Shown piece by piece: positions 1 to 10,401 of a stretch of 64,000 nucleotides of DNA. This DNA is from an uncultured Clostridium sp. Lineage in GTDB: Bacteria; Bacillota; Clostridia; Lachnospirales; Lachnospiraceae. Positions within the stretch are counted from its first letter, which is position 1. Each line of letters starts with the position of its first letter. The translations under genes were made by a program, and so were the position numbers. Below the pieces are notes generated by a model. That model was not told the DNA's origin and did no database searches. It saw only the letters and a list, made by a program, of their open reading frames with translations. Location of the stretch: NCBI GenBank assembly GCA_937902905.1, contig CALELW010000112.1, forward strand, positions 1,909 to 65,908, in the 5' to 3' direction.

Positions 1-313
1 GCAATCCTTTTTTGCCGATTGTCAAGGTAACACCATCTGGCACTACAAGAGTAGTATCCTTATTTATCGTATCATAATAGATAAAATCCGGGAAATCATA
101 ATGTACATCTTTTTCCAAAATAATTTCTCCACCACGTGATGAGCAACTCTGTAACGCTTCATCGAGATTACTTGTGTAACGCCCCTGCTGCCCCTTCGGT
201 ACATAATAAATCGTACTGCTTGAAGCCGCTTTCACCATTTCCTTTGGCATCGTGCCAAACACACACAGGCACACAAGCACCCATGCAATTGCCTGTTTCA
301 TTTTTAAATTCAT
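1..313 (-). CDS. Secreted protein, N-terminal part (runs off the window edge)
   Basis: Manual translation MNLKMKQAIAWVLVCLCVFGTMPKEMVKAASS... is open to base 1; signal-peptide-like start; GGAGG RBS. Confidence 0.7.
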   Translation of the reverse strand, partial: MNLKMKQAIAWVLVCLCVFGTMPKEMVKAASSSTIYYVPKGQQGRYTSNLDEALQSCSSRGGEIILEKDVHYDFPDFIYYDTINKDTTLVVPDGVTLTIGKKGL

Positions 314-498
314 AGACAGTCCTCCCTATCTTGTCTTTTTATGTCATGTAAATAGCTGCGATTCTCATTTACCAGATAAACAGATAAAATGAAATTAGAT
401 TCACCAGACACGCATCCTGCTGTCTGATAAAGCAAAAGCAGTGTCTCCCCTGCGCATGAGAAACACTGCTTTTTGCCGTTCCTTTCGAAAGGAACTTT

Positions 499-527
499 AT
501 TGTATCACGTGATATTTTTCTCGTCAA
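499..527 (-). promoter_or_regulatory. sigma-A-type promoter TTGACG-N17-TACAAT
   Basis: Near-consensus hexamers with 17-bp spacer, upstream of the 313 start. Confidence 0.6.
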
Positions 528-543
528 TGACTTTTTTTACAAA

Positions 544-1998
544 TTATGGGCGTACAACGACCGGAATTTCGCTCTTTTTGAATACACCTCTGTCTCTTAT
601 TACAACATTATTATAAGTTGAACTGCTCTCCATTGTCTTACCATTTCCAATGTAAATTGCAATGTGATATATTCGCTTATACCGTCCGTTTCTTCTTGCC
701 TTCGAGCCACCAAAGCAAATCAAATCTCCCGGTCTCATTTTCTTTTCAGAATATGTTTTCTTCGCCTTAATGCGCTTTCCTTTTCTCACATAATAGTGGC
801 CGATGTCCGCCGCCACAGGCGCCCAATTTGTTTTGCAGACAAGGTATCTTCCTACCGCACGATAAGTCCGGTAAACAAAAGAGGAACAGTCATAATAGTT
901 TTTATCCATCCGTCTTGCCTGACTGTACTTTTTCTTTCCTATCTGTTTATAACCATACCGCATCGCCCGGACAGCCGTTTTCGTGCTTACTGCCAGATAA
1001 TAATTTACTGTCTTCCCATCAACCTCACAAGAAATCACAGCACTTCCATATTTTTTCGTTGTAACCTTTCCTGAAGCTGTCACAACAGCAACCTTTACAT
1101 CGGACGAACGAAAGACCGGACGGCTTTCTGCATTCAAACCAGTCACCTTGACCGTCAGCTTTTTCTTTTTCTGATAAAAACCATATGTCTTTTTTATTTT
1201 AGGGTTTGTAACCGTAATCACACATTCTGTCTGAACGCCATCCACCTGTGCTACTACAGTAGTAGAACCTACTTTTTTCGCCTTAACTACAACACCTGCC
1301 TGATTATAGGAAACAATCGAAACAATAGAAGTATCCCTTGTCTGATAAACAACCGGATTTCCTGCAACAGATTCTAACAAAAGTGTTGTCTGACAGCCTT
1401 TCGCCAAATTCTGTTTTTGAATTGTAAATTTCGGCTGCAAAATTTCAACGCCAAGAACAAAGGAATACACACCGCCGTACGAATCCGTAACCGTAACAGA
1501 AAATTCTGCAAAGCCTGCGCGAACCGGCGTGATAATTCCCTCCTGTGTAACTGTCGCCACTTCCGGCGTTCTTGCCTGCCACACACACGTCATCGATTCA
1601 AACTGCGGTATCGGCAGCTGAAAAGAGCCACCTCCCAAAGGATGCGCCGCAAAAGACTGTCTGTTAAAACTCAAATCCGAAAGAATCTCATTTTTCTTTA
1701 CTTCAATTTCTGCATAGTCAACTGTCTCCGTCTTCGTTTTCACGGAAATTGTAACCGTACCTGCGCCAATCGTTGTAACAACTTTCTTTGGCGATATCTC
1801 AATTACATTCTCCTTGCTTAAAACTACTTCCCCTTCCGGCAAATCCGCAAGAGTAATCTTTTGTCCTAAATAGAGACAAATCTTTTCTATCTTTTGTGTC
1901 GTATCCTTTGCCTGCACGTAATTCGTCTGACTCACTCCGGCAAATGCCAGTGCAAACAGAAGAAATAACAGTGCAAAATACCTTTTGCTGCTTCTCAT
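544..1998 (-). CDS. Secreted NlpC/P60 peptidoglycan endopeptidase with Ig-like repeats
   Basis: Signal peptide; Big_2-like segments; C-terminal DCSSFV...HIAIYIGNG motifs. Confidence 0.85.
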   Translation of the reverse strand: MRSSKRYFALLFLLFALAFAGVSQTNYVQAKDTTQKIEKICLYLGQKITLADLPEGEVVLSKENVIEISPKKVVTTIGAGTVTISVKTKTETVDYAEIEVKKNEILSDLSFNRQSFAAHPLGGGSFQLPIPQFESMTCVWQARTPEVATVTQEGIITPVRAGFAEFSVTVTDSYGGVYSFVLGVEILQPKFTIQKQNLAKGCQTTLLLESVAGNPVVYQTRDTSIVSIVSYNQAGVVVKAKKVGSTTVVAQVDGVQTECVITVTNPKIKKTYGFYQKKKKLTVKVTGLNAESRPVFRSSDVKVAVVTASGKVTTKKYGSAVISCEVDGKTVNYYLAVSTKTAVRAMRYGYKQIGKKKYSQARRMDKNYYDCSSFVYRTYRAVGRYLVCKTNWAPVAADIGHYYVRKGKRIKAKKTYSEKKMRPGDLICFGGSKARRNGRYKRIYHIAIYIGNGKTMESSSTYNNVVIRDRGVFKKSEIPVVVRP

Positions 1999-2124
1999 TT
2001 CCTCTCACCTTCCATTGTAAATTTTTATATTTTTATCTTTCCTTAAATCACAGAATAAAGACTACACGATAGCAGAATCTTCTGTCATCGTGCAGTCTTA
2101 CTATAAAACCACACTGTGTCATTT

Positions 2125-3408
2125 TTATTTCACTTCAATTTTTTCTTTACCGCCCATATATGGTTGTAATGCTTTCGGAATTTTAACCGAACCATCCTCA
2201 CATAAGTTGTTTTCTAAGAACGCAATCAACATACGTGGAGGTGCAACAACCGTATTATTTAAGGTGTGGGCAAAATATTTGCCACCTTCACCGACAACGC
2301 GAATCTTCAGACGACGTGCCTGTGCATCCCCTAAATTCGAGCAGCTTCCCACCTCAAAATATTTCTTCTGACGTGGAGACCATGCCTCTACATCAATCGA
2401 TTTTACCTTCAAATCTGCCAAATCACCGGAACAGCACTCTAACGTACGTACCGGAATATCCAGTGTACGGAATAAATCAACGGTGTTCTGCCACAATTTA
2501 TCAAACCACATTTTACTGTCTTCCGGTTTGCAGACAACAATCATCTCCTGCTTTTCAAACTGATGGATTCGGTAAACACCGCGTTCCTCAATTCCGTGAG
2601 CACCTTTCTCCTTCCGGAAACATGGAGAATAACTGGTCAAAGTTTTTGGCAGTTGTTCTTCCGGAATAATTTTATTAATAAACTTACCAATCATAGAATG
2701 TTCACTCGTACCAATCAAATACAAATCTTCACCCTCGATTTTGTACATCATCGCATCCATTTCATCAAATGACATAACGCCTGTTACAACATTTGAACGA
2801 ATCATAAATGGCGGTACACAGTAGGTGAATCCGCGGTCAATCATAAAATCTCTAGCATAGGAAATAACTGCGGAATGAAGTCTTGCAATATCGCCCATCA
2901 GATAATAGAATCCATTTCCTGCCACGTCACGTGCCGAATCCAAATCCAGTCCATCAAACGATTCCATAATCTGTGCATGATATGGGATTTCAAAATCCGG
3001 AACTACCGGTTCACCAAACTTCTCAATTTCCACATTTTCAGTGTCATCTTTGCCAATCGGAACACTCGGATCAATGATGTTTGGAATTACCATCATGCGC
3101 TTATTCAATTCTTCCGCAATTTCTGCTTCTCTTGCTTCTAAATCAGAAAGCTCTTTGGCATAACCGGCAACCTCTGCCTTCATTGCCTCTGCTTCTTCTT
3201 TTTTGCCCTGACCCATCAGCGCACCAATCATCTTTGAATTTTTCTTACGAAGAGCACGAAGGTCATCTGCCTTCTGCTGTGTCTCGCGGCGCTCTTTATC
3301 AAGTGCAATCACTTCATCCACGAGTGGCAGTTTGTGCTCCTGAAATTTATTTTTAATGTTTTGCTTTACAACATCAGGATTTTCTCTTACAAATTTGATA
3401 TCTAACAT
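2125..3408 (-). CDS. serS: Serine-tRNA ligase
   Basis: MLDIKFVREN start; GTSE, FRKE, HQFEK, EVGSCSN, HTLNNT motifs. Confidence 0.97.
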   Translation of the reverse strand: MLDIKFVRENPDVVKQNIKNKFQEHKLPLVDEVIALDKERRETQQKADDLRALRKKNSKMIGALMGQGKKEEAEAMKAEVAGYAKELSDLEAREAEIAEELNKRMMVIPNIIDPSVPIGKDDTENVEIEKFGEPVVPDFEIPYHAQIMESFDGLDLDSARDVAGNGFYYLMGDIARLHSAVISYARDFMIDRGFTYCVPPFMIRSNVVTGVMSFDEMDAMMYKIEGEDLYLIGTSEHSMIGKFINKIIPEEQLPKTLTSYSPCFRKEKGAHGIEERGVYRIHQFEKQEMIVVCKPEDSKMWFDKLWQNTVDLFRTLDIPVRTLECCSGDLADLKVKSIDVEAWSPRQKKYFEVGSCSNLGDAQARRLKIRVVGEGGKYFAHTLNNTVVAPPRMLIAFLENNLCEDGSVKIPKALQPYMGGKEKIEVK

Positions 3409-3473
3409 AATTTTCTTCCTTCCATGTCTTTCTCACCGGTCATCCTGTCCTGCCGGCATTTTTCTACGGAAAA

Positions 3474-4304
3474 TTATACACCACTTTTTTCTTCCTTGCA
3501 ATGCTTTTCCACCCATTTTCCACGCACCAAAACAATTCCAACCGGCAGTAAAATCAAACTAATTAACTGCGAGGTGGAAAAAATACTGATACTTCCTCTG
3601 ATTTTATCCCCGCGAAGCATCTCTAACAAAAATCTGGCAATAGAATAATAAATCAAATAAATTCCCATCAACCGTCCATTTCTTAAATCCTTTTTCTTCA
3701 TAAGGTAAAATAAAATACCACACAAAATAAAATTCATAAGTGCCTCTAAAAGCTGCACCGGAAAACGCGGCACCTGACTTAACTGCGGGACAGCCTCATT
3801 ATACGGAAACTGTATAGCAAAAGGACCATGGTATTCAATGCCATAACAGCACCCGGAACAAAAACATCCGATTCTTCCGATACCATGAACAAATGGAATC
3901 AATGGTGCAAACACATCCATATACGGAATATAGGATAAATGATACTGTTTGCAATAACAAAAGATTCCCAAAAAGGCACCAATCAGGCCACCATAAAAAA
4001 CAAGTCCGCCAAACAAATAATTCATTAAAAATATAAGTGTCTGCATGAAATTTTTATCGAAACCAGCCGCGACAGCATCCCACTTCTGTATCAGACTCGG
4101 AAGTCTTGTCAGACAATATAACAGCTTAGAGCCGATAAGAATACCAATTGCTGCATAAATGGCACCGTACAGAACATCCTCTTTGGCTAGACGATAGCGC
4201 CCTGCTATTTTTCTCGCAATTACAATAGCTATAAAAAAACCAATAAAAAAAATTGTGCTATAAGTTGGAATATCTACAAATCCTAAATGAATCGATGGAA
4301 ACAT
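3474..4304 (-). CDS. lgt: Prolipoprotein diacylglyceryl transferase family protein
   Basis: GGLVFYGG, GRIGCF, PVQLLE, RFLLEMLR motifs; multi-TM. Confidence 0.85.
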   Translation of the reverse strand: MFPSIHLGFVDIPTYSTIFFIGFFIAIVIARKIAGRYRLAKEDVLYGAIYAAIGILIGSKLLYCLTRLPSLIQKWDAVAAGFDKNFMQTLIFLMNYLFGGLVFYGGLIGAFLGIFCYCKQYHLSYIPYMDVFAPLIPFVHGIGRIGCFCSGCCYGIEYHGPFAIQFPYNEAVPQLSQVPRFPVQLLEALMNFILCGILFYLMKKKDLRNGRLMGIYLIYYSIARFLLEMLRGDKIRGSISIFSTSQLISLILLPVGIVLVRGKWVEKHCKEEKSGV

Positions 4305-4370
4305 TTTCTCCTCCTTAGAAAAAAGGCTGCTGCCTAAGCAGCAACCTTCTTTATTTTGGTATATGTTCTC

Positions 4371-4775
4371 TTAGTTGTAAGAATCTGCCAAGTCGTTCAA
4401 TGCATTGCTCAAGTCATTTAAACTATCTGCTGCATCATTAACATCGCTGCTTACTAAGCAGGAACCACCAACGCATCCATAACAAGTATAAGTTGTACTT
4501 GTGCTGCTAGATTCTACAGCACCACAGATTGAACATCCTACTGCAAAAATAACAGCAAAGATAATACCAATCAAACCACAGACAAAACCAGCCTGACCTT
4601 TTGTGCCTCCTGTCTGTTTTTTGGCATTAATACCAAGAATAACTGCTACGACACCTAAAATCAAAGCAATTGCGGCACCAATTACACCAAAGGTAATTCC
4701 TCCGATGACAGCGATTACCAAACTCACAATACCAAGAATGGTAGAAGCTGTTGCTGTTCCATTTTTCTGTTCCAT
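4371..4775 (-). CDS. Small membrane protein (DUF4190-like)
   Basis: Several TM helices with ASTILGI...AGFVCGLIG pattern; RBS before MEQKNG. Confidence 0.6.
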   Translation of the reverse strand: MEQKNGTATASTILGIVSLVIAVIGGITFGVIGAAIALILGVVAVILGINAKKQTGGTKGQAGFVCGLIGIIFAVIFAVGCSICGAVESSSTSTTYTCYGCVGGSCLVSSDVNDAADSLNDLSNALNDLADSYN

Positions 4776-5021
4776 AAAAAACATCCTCCTTTCTGAATTT
4801 TTCATCCCATAAAACTCCCTATAACATTTTATATTTTACCTTACCATTATATACCAGTCAACAAAAACATTGACAAAAAAACCGCCAATTTGACATTTTT
4901 CTGCATATCTGCTATTATTTTTAAAGACAAGAGCGTCTCTACTAAGGGGCGCTTTTTGTTTTTTTGGAGGTTTGCCGCACAGCAGACAGCCATATATTAT
5001 ATCGAATAGAGGAGGTCATTT

Positions 5022-6689
5022 ATGGAAACACTTGGAAACATTTTACAGACAGTAGACGATTTTGTATGGGGGCCCGCCATGCTTGTGCTTTTGGTGGGAA
5101 CGGGTATTTTTCTTACTATCCGCACTCGTTTCTTAGGAATTCGCAATTTGGGATATGCCTTAAAAAGCGGATTAGGAAAAGAGGCGCGCACAACTCACCG
5201 TGGAGAGGGGGATATTTCTCCTTTTTCTGCTTTAACAACAGCTCTTGCCGCAACAATCGGAACCGGAAACATTGTCGGTGTGGCAACTGCCATGGTAGCA
5301 GGTGGTCCGGGTGCTTTAGTCTGGATGTGGCTGTCTGCCTTTTTCGGTCTTACATCAAAATTCAGCGAATGTATGCTTGCGATTAAATACCGAGAAGCAA
5401 ATGCAGCCGGAGAAATGTCCGGCGGTCCGATGTATACAATGAAAAAGGCTTTTAAACATAAAAAATTCGGTGCCGTTTTGGGCTGGCTGTTTGCACTGTT
5501 TGCCGTTATTGCCTCATTTGGTATCGGAAATCTGACACAGGCAAACTCGATTTCTACCGCCATCGAAGATACATTCGGAGTTTCGACATGGATTGTTGGT
5601 ATTATAATTACGGTTCTCGCTCTGGTTATTATTGTCGGCGGAATCAAATCCATTTCCAAAGTCTCTCAGGTTGTCGTGCCTTTGATGGCTGTCTTTTACA
5701 TCATTGCCGGTCTGATTGTAATTGTTATTAACTGGCATAATCTGCCTGCCGGAGTCTCTATGATCTTCAAAATGGCATTTAGTCCTGAAGCAGTCGGTGG
5801 CGGTTTATGTGGAAGTATCACGGCTGCCATGATGAACGCCATTCGTTTTGGTGTTGCACGCGGTGTATTTTCAAATGAAGCCGGTATGGGTTCGGCCGCG
5901 ATTACTGCCGCTGCCGCCACGACCGATGATCCGGTTCGCCAAGGATATATTAATATGACCGGAACTTTCTGGGATACCATCATCGTCTGCACCATTACCG
6001 GACTTTGTATTGCAAGTTCCGGTATGCTTGGACAGACCTCTTCCACGCCGGCAGCAACCGGTTCCTACGTGATTGAAAGCAGTTCTTTATGTTTAACTGC
6101 CAAGGAAGCAAAAACAAATTATACGGTAGATAAAGAAAAAAATACCGCTGGTAATTTTATTTACACATTAACCGCAAAGGATGGAGAAAAAAAGGGAAGT
6201 CAGATTGTTTTAACGCCAAAAGAAGATGCTCTTTCCTCCCTTACTTTGACCGGCACCTATGAAGATGGTGACCACAACGAATACACATTCCAAAAGGATG
6301 GGACATACGAATACCACGAACTTTTAACGGGAGCCGCACTGACAATTGCTTCCTTTGAAAGTGCACTGGGAACACCCGGCGGATGGCTTGTCTGCATCGG
6401 CATCGCCTTGTTTGCGTTCTCCACCATCCTCGGCTGGGAATATCATGGTGAAAAAGCGTTTGAATACTTATTTAAATCACATAAATACAATATGATTTAC
6501 CGCATTGTATTTTCCTTAATCGTGTATGTAGGTGCTACCACAGCATTAAATATTGTATGGAACTTTTCAGACATTGCAAATGCCCTTATGGCAATTCCTA
6601 ACTTAATCTGTCTTTTAGCTTTAAGCGGTGTAATTGCAAAAGATATGCAGAAATTCCAGCAGACCATCAAGGCAGAAAAAGCAAAATAA
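5022..6689 (+). CDS. Alanine/glycine:cation symporter (AGCS family)
   Basis: ATIGTGNIVGVA, GGPGA, GGPMY, RGVFSNEAGMGS, FAFSTILGW motifs. Confidence 0.93.
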   Translation: METLGNILQTVDDFVWGPAMLVLLVGTGIFLTIRTRFLGIRNLGYALKSGLGKEARTTHRGEGDISPFSALTTALAATIGTGNIVGVATAMVAGGPGALVWMWLSAFFGLTSKFSECMLAIKYREANAAGEMSGGPMYTMKKAFKHKKFGAVLGWLFALFAVIASFGIGNLTQANSISTAIEDTFGVSTWIVGIIITVLALVIIVGGIKSISKVSQVVVPLMAVFYIIAGLIVIVINWHNLPAGVSMIFKMAFSPEAVGGGLCGSITAAMMNAIRFGVARGVFSNEAGMGSAAITAAAATTDDPVRQGYINMTGTFWDTIIVCTITGLCIASSGMLGQTSSTPAATGSYVIESSSLCLTAKEAKTNYTVDKEKNTAGNFIYTLTAKDGEKKGSQIVLTPKEDALSSLTLTGTYEDGDHNEYTFQKDGTYEYHELLTGAALTIASFESALGTPGGWLVCIGIALFAFSTILGWEYHGEKAFEYLFKSHKYNMIYRIVFSLIVYVGATTALNIVWNFSDIANALMAIPNLICLLALSGVIAKDMQKFQQTIKAEKAK

Positions 6690-6755
6690 ATTTTCCTATG
6701 TTTATAGAAAAGAAGCAGTTTCGGACAATCCCGTTGCTGCTTCTTTTTCATCCCA

Positions 6756-7070
6756 TTATTGATTGTTATTGTTTCCCGTCACATCATCAACGGCGTCATC
6801 TACACCGTCAATTACGTCGTTTACACCGTCAGCTGCGTCATCCACGCCGTCTTTTACATCATCCGATAAATCGTTGTCATCGTTTTTGTTGTCATCCGTC
6901 GCATTTGGCGTTGCTGTGTTATCGTTTTCATTTGTTGGTGTCTGTGTCGCTTCATTTGTTGCTTCCGGGGAAGCGGATGGGTCCGTTGCGCTGTTATTTT
7001 TATTGCCGCATCCGGTTACCATAGCGGACAAACAAACAACAAGCATCGCAAAAACTACTATTTTTTTCAT
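6756..7070 (-). CDS. Low-complexity acidic lipoprotein
   Basis: MKK-hydrophobic-MVTGC lipobox; D/N/T-rich tail. Confidence 0.75.
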   Translation of the reverse strand: MKKIVVFAMLVVCLSAMVTGCGNKNNSATDPSASPEATNEATQTPTNENDNTATPNATDDNKNDDNDLSDDVKDGVDDAADGVNDVIDGVDDAVDDVTGNNNNQ

Positions 7071-7151
7071 TGAAATATCCTCACTTTCTACAAAAAAATC
7101 GTTTCTTACAATGCTATTGTGACCCATTTTATTGTTTTTATTCGTTTGTTT

Positions 7152-7805
7152 TTATTTGAAAAATTTTTCAATTTCTTCCGGTTTATCGACAATATAATCG
7201 GCACCATGTTCTTCCAAAAAAGTTCTTCCCCGAAATCCCCAGCTCACGCCAATGCAGTCCATTTCACTGGCTTTTGCCGTCGCTAAATCAACATCTGAAT
7301 CACCAATATAAACAGCGTTTTTCTTATCACACCGCAATTCTTTCAACGCCTTATGAACCATATCCGGTGCCGGCTTTTTGCGGATTCCCATTTCTTCCAT
7401 TTCTCCGAGTGCCACATCCAGTAAATTAGGAAAATAAACCGGCATCAGCTCTTTTACCGCAAAATCCGCCTTATTTGATACAACCGCCATTTTCACACCC
7501 TTTTTCTTTAAATTTTGAAGAAGCGTAAGAACCCCCGGATACGGTGCTGTTTTGTCATGACAGTGCTCTGCATAATATTCTTTAAAATCAGAAAGTGCCT
7601 GCTCAAATACCGGATTATCCTTACCGGAGGGAACCGCGCGCTCCATTAACTTTACAATTCCATTTCCCACATACTGGCACACCTGTGCAATCGTGCACAG
7701 TGGCATTTTATTTTTCCCCAGTGAATAATTCACGGCATCTGCTAAATCTTCCAATGTATTTAATAACGTTCCATCCAAATCAAAAACTGCTGTCTGATAT
7801 GTCAT
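7152..7805 (-). CDS. HAD-family phosphatase (phosphoglycolate phosphatase-like)
   Basis: FDLDGTL, SNK, KPAP, IGDSDVD motifs. Confidence 0.9.
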   Translation of the reverse strand: MTYQTAVFDLDGTLLNTLEDLADAVNYSLGKNKMPLCTIAQVCQYVGNGIVKLMERAVPSGKDNPVFEQALSDFKEYYAEHCHDKTAPYPGVLTLLQNLKKKGVKMAVVSNKADFAVKELMPVYFPNLLDVALGEMEEMGIRKKPAPDMVHKALKELRCDKKNAVYIGDSDVDLATAKASEMDCIGVSWGFRGRTFLEEHGADYIVDKPEEIEKFFK

Positions 7806-7978
7806 ATTCTTTCATCCTTTCTGTATTCGCTCCAAATTACGCACATTGTACCACTCTCTTTTGGTTTGTGCAAGTTGACATTTGCCCGGCTAAATGCTAA
7901 CATAAATATAATTGTTCAAATTCGATTTTGAGCACTTACATTTGATGTACGAATTTATTTTTGGAGGAAATGACAATT

Positions 7979-9712
7979 ATGAAACTAGACAAATTAGTAG
8001 GCGAACGCTTCAAAGAAAAACCAAGCGATTGCGTCATTGAAAGTCATGCACTGATGATGCGCGGCGGCTATATGAAAGATGTAGCCAAGGGAATTTACTC
8101 ACAATTCACCCCATTAAAGCGCATTTGCCAGAAAATAGAGGCGATTATCCGTGAGGAAATGGATGCCATTGACGGACAGGAAGTTTTGTTCCCGGTTGCT
8201 CTTCCGGCATCTTTGTGGGATGAGTCCGGACGTTATGAAAGTGTCGGCAGCGAGCTTTTACGTTTTACCGACCGTAACGGCTCAAAAATGGTCTTAGGAA
8301 TGACTCATGAGGAAGCTGCTGTTCAGCTTGTCCGCGATTACGCAAAAAGTTATAACAGTTATCCTTTTATGATTTATCAGATTCAGACTAAATTCCGTGA
8401 TGAAGCACGTCCGCGTGCCGGTTTAATCCGTGTCCGCGAATTTACTATGAAAGATGCTTATTCTTTCCACACTTCACAGGAAGACTTAGAGCGTTATTAC
8501 CAGATTTGTTATGATGCTTATAACCGCATTTTTGCACGTGCCGGTATTCCGGAAGTAGTTACGGTTGCCTCCGACTCCGGTATGATGGGCGGAAGTCTTT
8601 CCCATGAATATATGCTCTTAACACCAATTGGAGAAGATTCGATTGCCATCTGCTCCGATTGTGATTACCGTGCGAATATGGAAGCTGCTGAATCAGTTAT
8701 TGAAAATACGAAAGATGCAGCCGATGAACCACTGACAAAAGTTCACACACCTAACATTCACACCATTGAAGAAATTTGTGATTTTCTTCATTCTCCATTG
8801 GAGAAATCATGTAAAGCTGTTGTTTACCAGAAAAATATGACAGACGATTTTGTTGTTATTTTCATCCGCGGTGATTTGGATGTAAATGAAACCAAACTGA
8901 CAAACTATCTCGGCGAAGAAGTTCATCCGGCTGTAATTACAAGTGACTGTGGTCTGAATGCCGGCTACATCGGTCCGGTAAATCTTACCGTAAATGGCAG
9001 TTACACCGTGCTTTATGATAAATCACTTCAGGGAACAAATAATTTGTCCTGCGGTGCCAACGAAGAAGAATATCATTACACGGGACTCTGCATGGAGCGT
9101 GATGTTGCCAATGCCGAATATGTGGATTTAGCAAAAATCGTTGATGGCGGCATCTGCCCACACTGTGGCAAAAAGACCATCCACATTTCCCGTGGTATTG
9201 AAGTAGGAAACATCTTCCAGCTCGGAACCAAATATACAAAATCGATGAATATGCAGTATTTGGATGCAGATGGTGAATCCCATTATCCAATTATGGGCTG
9301 TTATGGTATTGGCGTTGGACGTCTTGCTGCTTCTGTCTGTGAAGCACATCACGATGACTACGGTCCGGTATGGCCGATTACCATTGCCCCATGGCAGGTT
9401 CACCTGTGTTGTCTGCGTGCAGACGATGCCGAAGCAAAAGCTTTTGCTGATGAATTATATGCAAGCCTGCAAAAAGAACATATTGAAGTTATTTATGATG
9501 ACCGAAACGTCCGTCCGGGTGTTATGTTCTCTGACGCTGATTTACTTGGTGTTCCAATCCGTCTTGTAGTCAGCCCAAGAAACATGAAAGAATCCGTTGT
9601 CGAACTCTCAAGTCGTGATAAATCTGTACAGGATAAAGTCGCACTTACTGATGTTGTACCAGCAGTAAAAGAATTGATTGCTAAGATGACAAAAGAAATT
9701 GAATCAAAATAA
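7979..9712 (+). CDS. proS: Proline-tRNA ligase with insertion editing domain
   Basis: THEE, FRDEARPR, REFTMKDAYSF, GCYGIGVGR motifs. Confidence 0.97.
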   Translation: MKLDKLVGERFKEKPSDCVIESHALMMRGGYMKDVAKGIYSQFTPLKRICQKIEAIIREEMDAIDGQEVLFPVALPASLWDESGRYESVGSELLRFTDRNGSKMVLGMTHEEAAVQLVRDYAKSYNSYPFMIYQIQTKFRDEARPRAGLIRVREFTMKDAYSFHTSQEDLERYYQICYDAYNRIFARAGIPEVVTVASDSGMMGGSLSHEYMLLTPIGEDSIAICSDCDYRANMEAAESVIENTKDAADEPLTKVHTPNIHTIEEICDFLHSPLEKSCKAVVYQKNMTDDFVVIFIRGDLDVNETKLTNYLGEEVHPAVITSDCGLNAGYIGPVNLTVNGSYTVLYDKSLQGTNNLSCGANEEEYHYTGLCMERDVANAEYVDLAKIVDGGICPHCGKKTIHISRGIEVGNIFQLGTKYTKSMNMQYLDADGESHYPIMGCYGIGVGRLAASVCEAHHDDYGPVWPITIAPWQVHLCCLRADDAEAKAFADELYASLQKEHIEVIYDDRNVRPGVMFSDADLLGVPIRLVVSPRNMKESVVELSSRDKSVQDKVALTDVVPAVKELIAKMTKEIESK

Positions 9713-9721
9713 ACAAAAAAT

Positions 9722-9757
9722 GAAGCCGGTCTGCGAAAAAGCAAGCCGGCTTTTTTT
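9722..9757 (+). terminator. Intrinsic terminator between proS and carD-like gene
   Basis: AAGCCGG...CCGGCTT stem followed by T-run. Confidence 0.7.
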
Positions 9758-9771
9758 CATAATAAATTCAT

Positions 9772-10275
9772 TTATTCTCCACGAATCTGTGCTACAAAAT
9801 ACTCCTCTGCTTCTCCCTTTGTCATTTCAAAAGGAATTGCTAACTCACCAAACAAATTTTCCTCTGCCATATGCAGATAACGCTCATCACTTGTTGTTGC
9901 CTTCTTACCTTTTTGTAATCTTGCCTGATTTCTCTGATAAGACGTCTTAATCAGTTTAACCCACTGTCTGCTGTCACAGGAACGCAGTGCCTCTTTGTAC
10001 ACTTCCTCCCGCTTCTTATCGTTCTCTACCCAGAGTGTCTCAATTTCATCCCACTCTTTTAATAATGTCTCTGCTTCTTTTTTCGTCATAACCGGACGCG
10101 TTACTACTCTCTTTCCGTCCGTTGGTACAAACAGTTTACTGCCCGAAGTATAAATCGGAACCAGCGTATAATACGTGCGCTGTGGGGCACCACCTATGCC
10201 ATCCATATTTTGAATCGATTCTACCCGGCAGACTCCACTATTCCCATGTACCACATAGTCTCCTATTTCAAACAA
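9772..10275 (-). CDS. CarD-family transcriptional regulator
   Basis: MFEIGDYVVHGNSGVCRVESI N-terminal CarD signature. Confidence 0.85.
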   Translation of the reverse strand: MFEIGDYVVHGNSGVCRVESIQNMDGIGGAPQRTYYTLVPIYTSGSKLFVPTDGKRVVTRPVMTKKEAETLLKEWDEIETLWVENDKKREEVYKEALRSCDSRQWVKLIKTSYQRNQARLQKGKKATTSDERYLHMAEENLFGELAIPFEMTKGEAEEYFVAQIRGE

Positions 10276-10401
10276 GTCTATCCATCCTTTCTGCCGACTG
10301 CGCCGCGACTATAATAGGCGCTTATATTTTCTGTCTACACTATTAGTATACCACTTTTTTGATGTTATCGTAAGATTTTTTTTAATTTCTTTTCGATATT
10401 C

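Noticed and set aside
432..495. c-di-GMP-I riboswitch (GAAA hairpin followed by GGCAAA)
   Set aside because: Motif order and the GACGCAAA/P2 elements do not match
7806..7978. T-box leaders before proS (and before serS)
   Set aside because: No GGTGGnACC T-box and leaders too short
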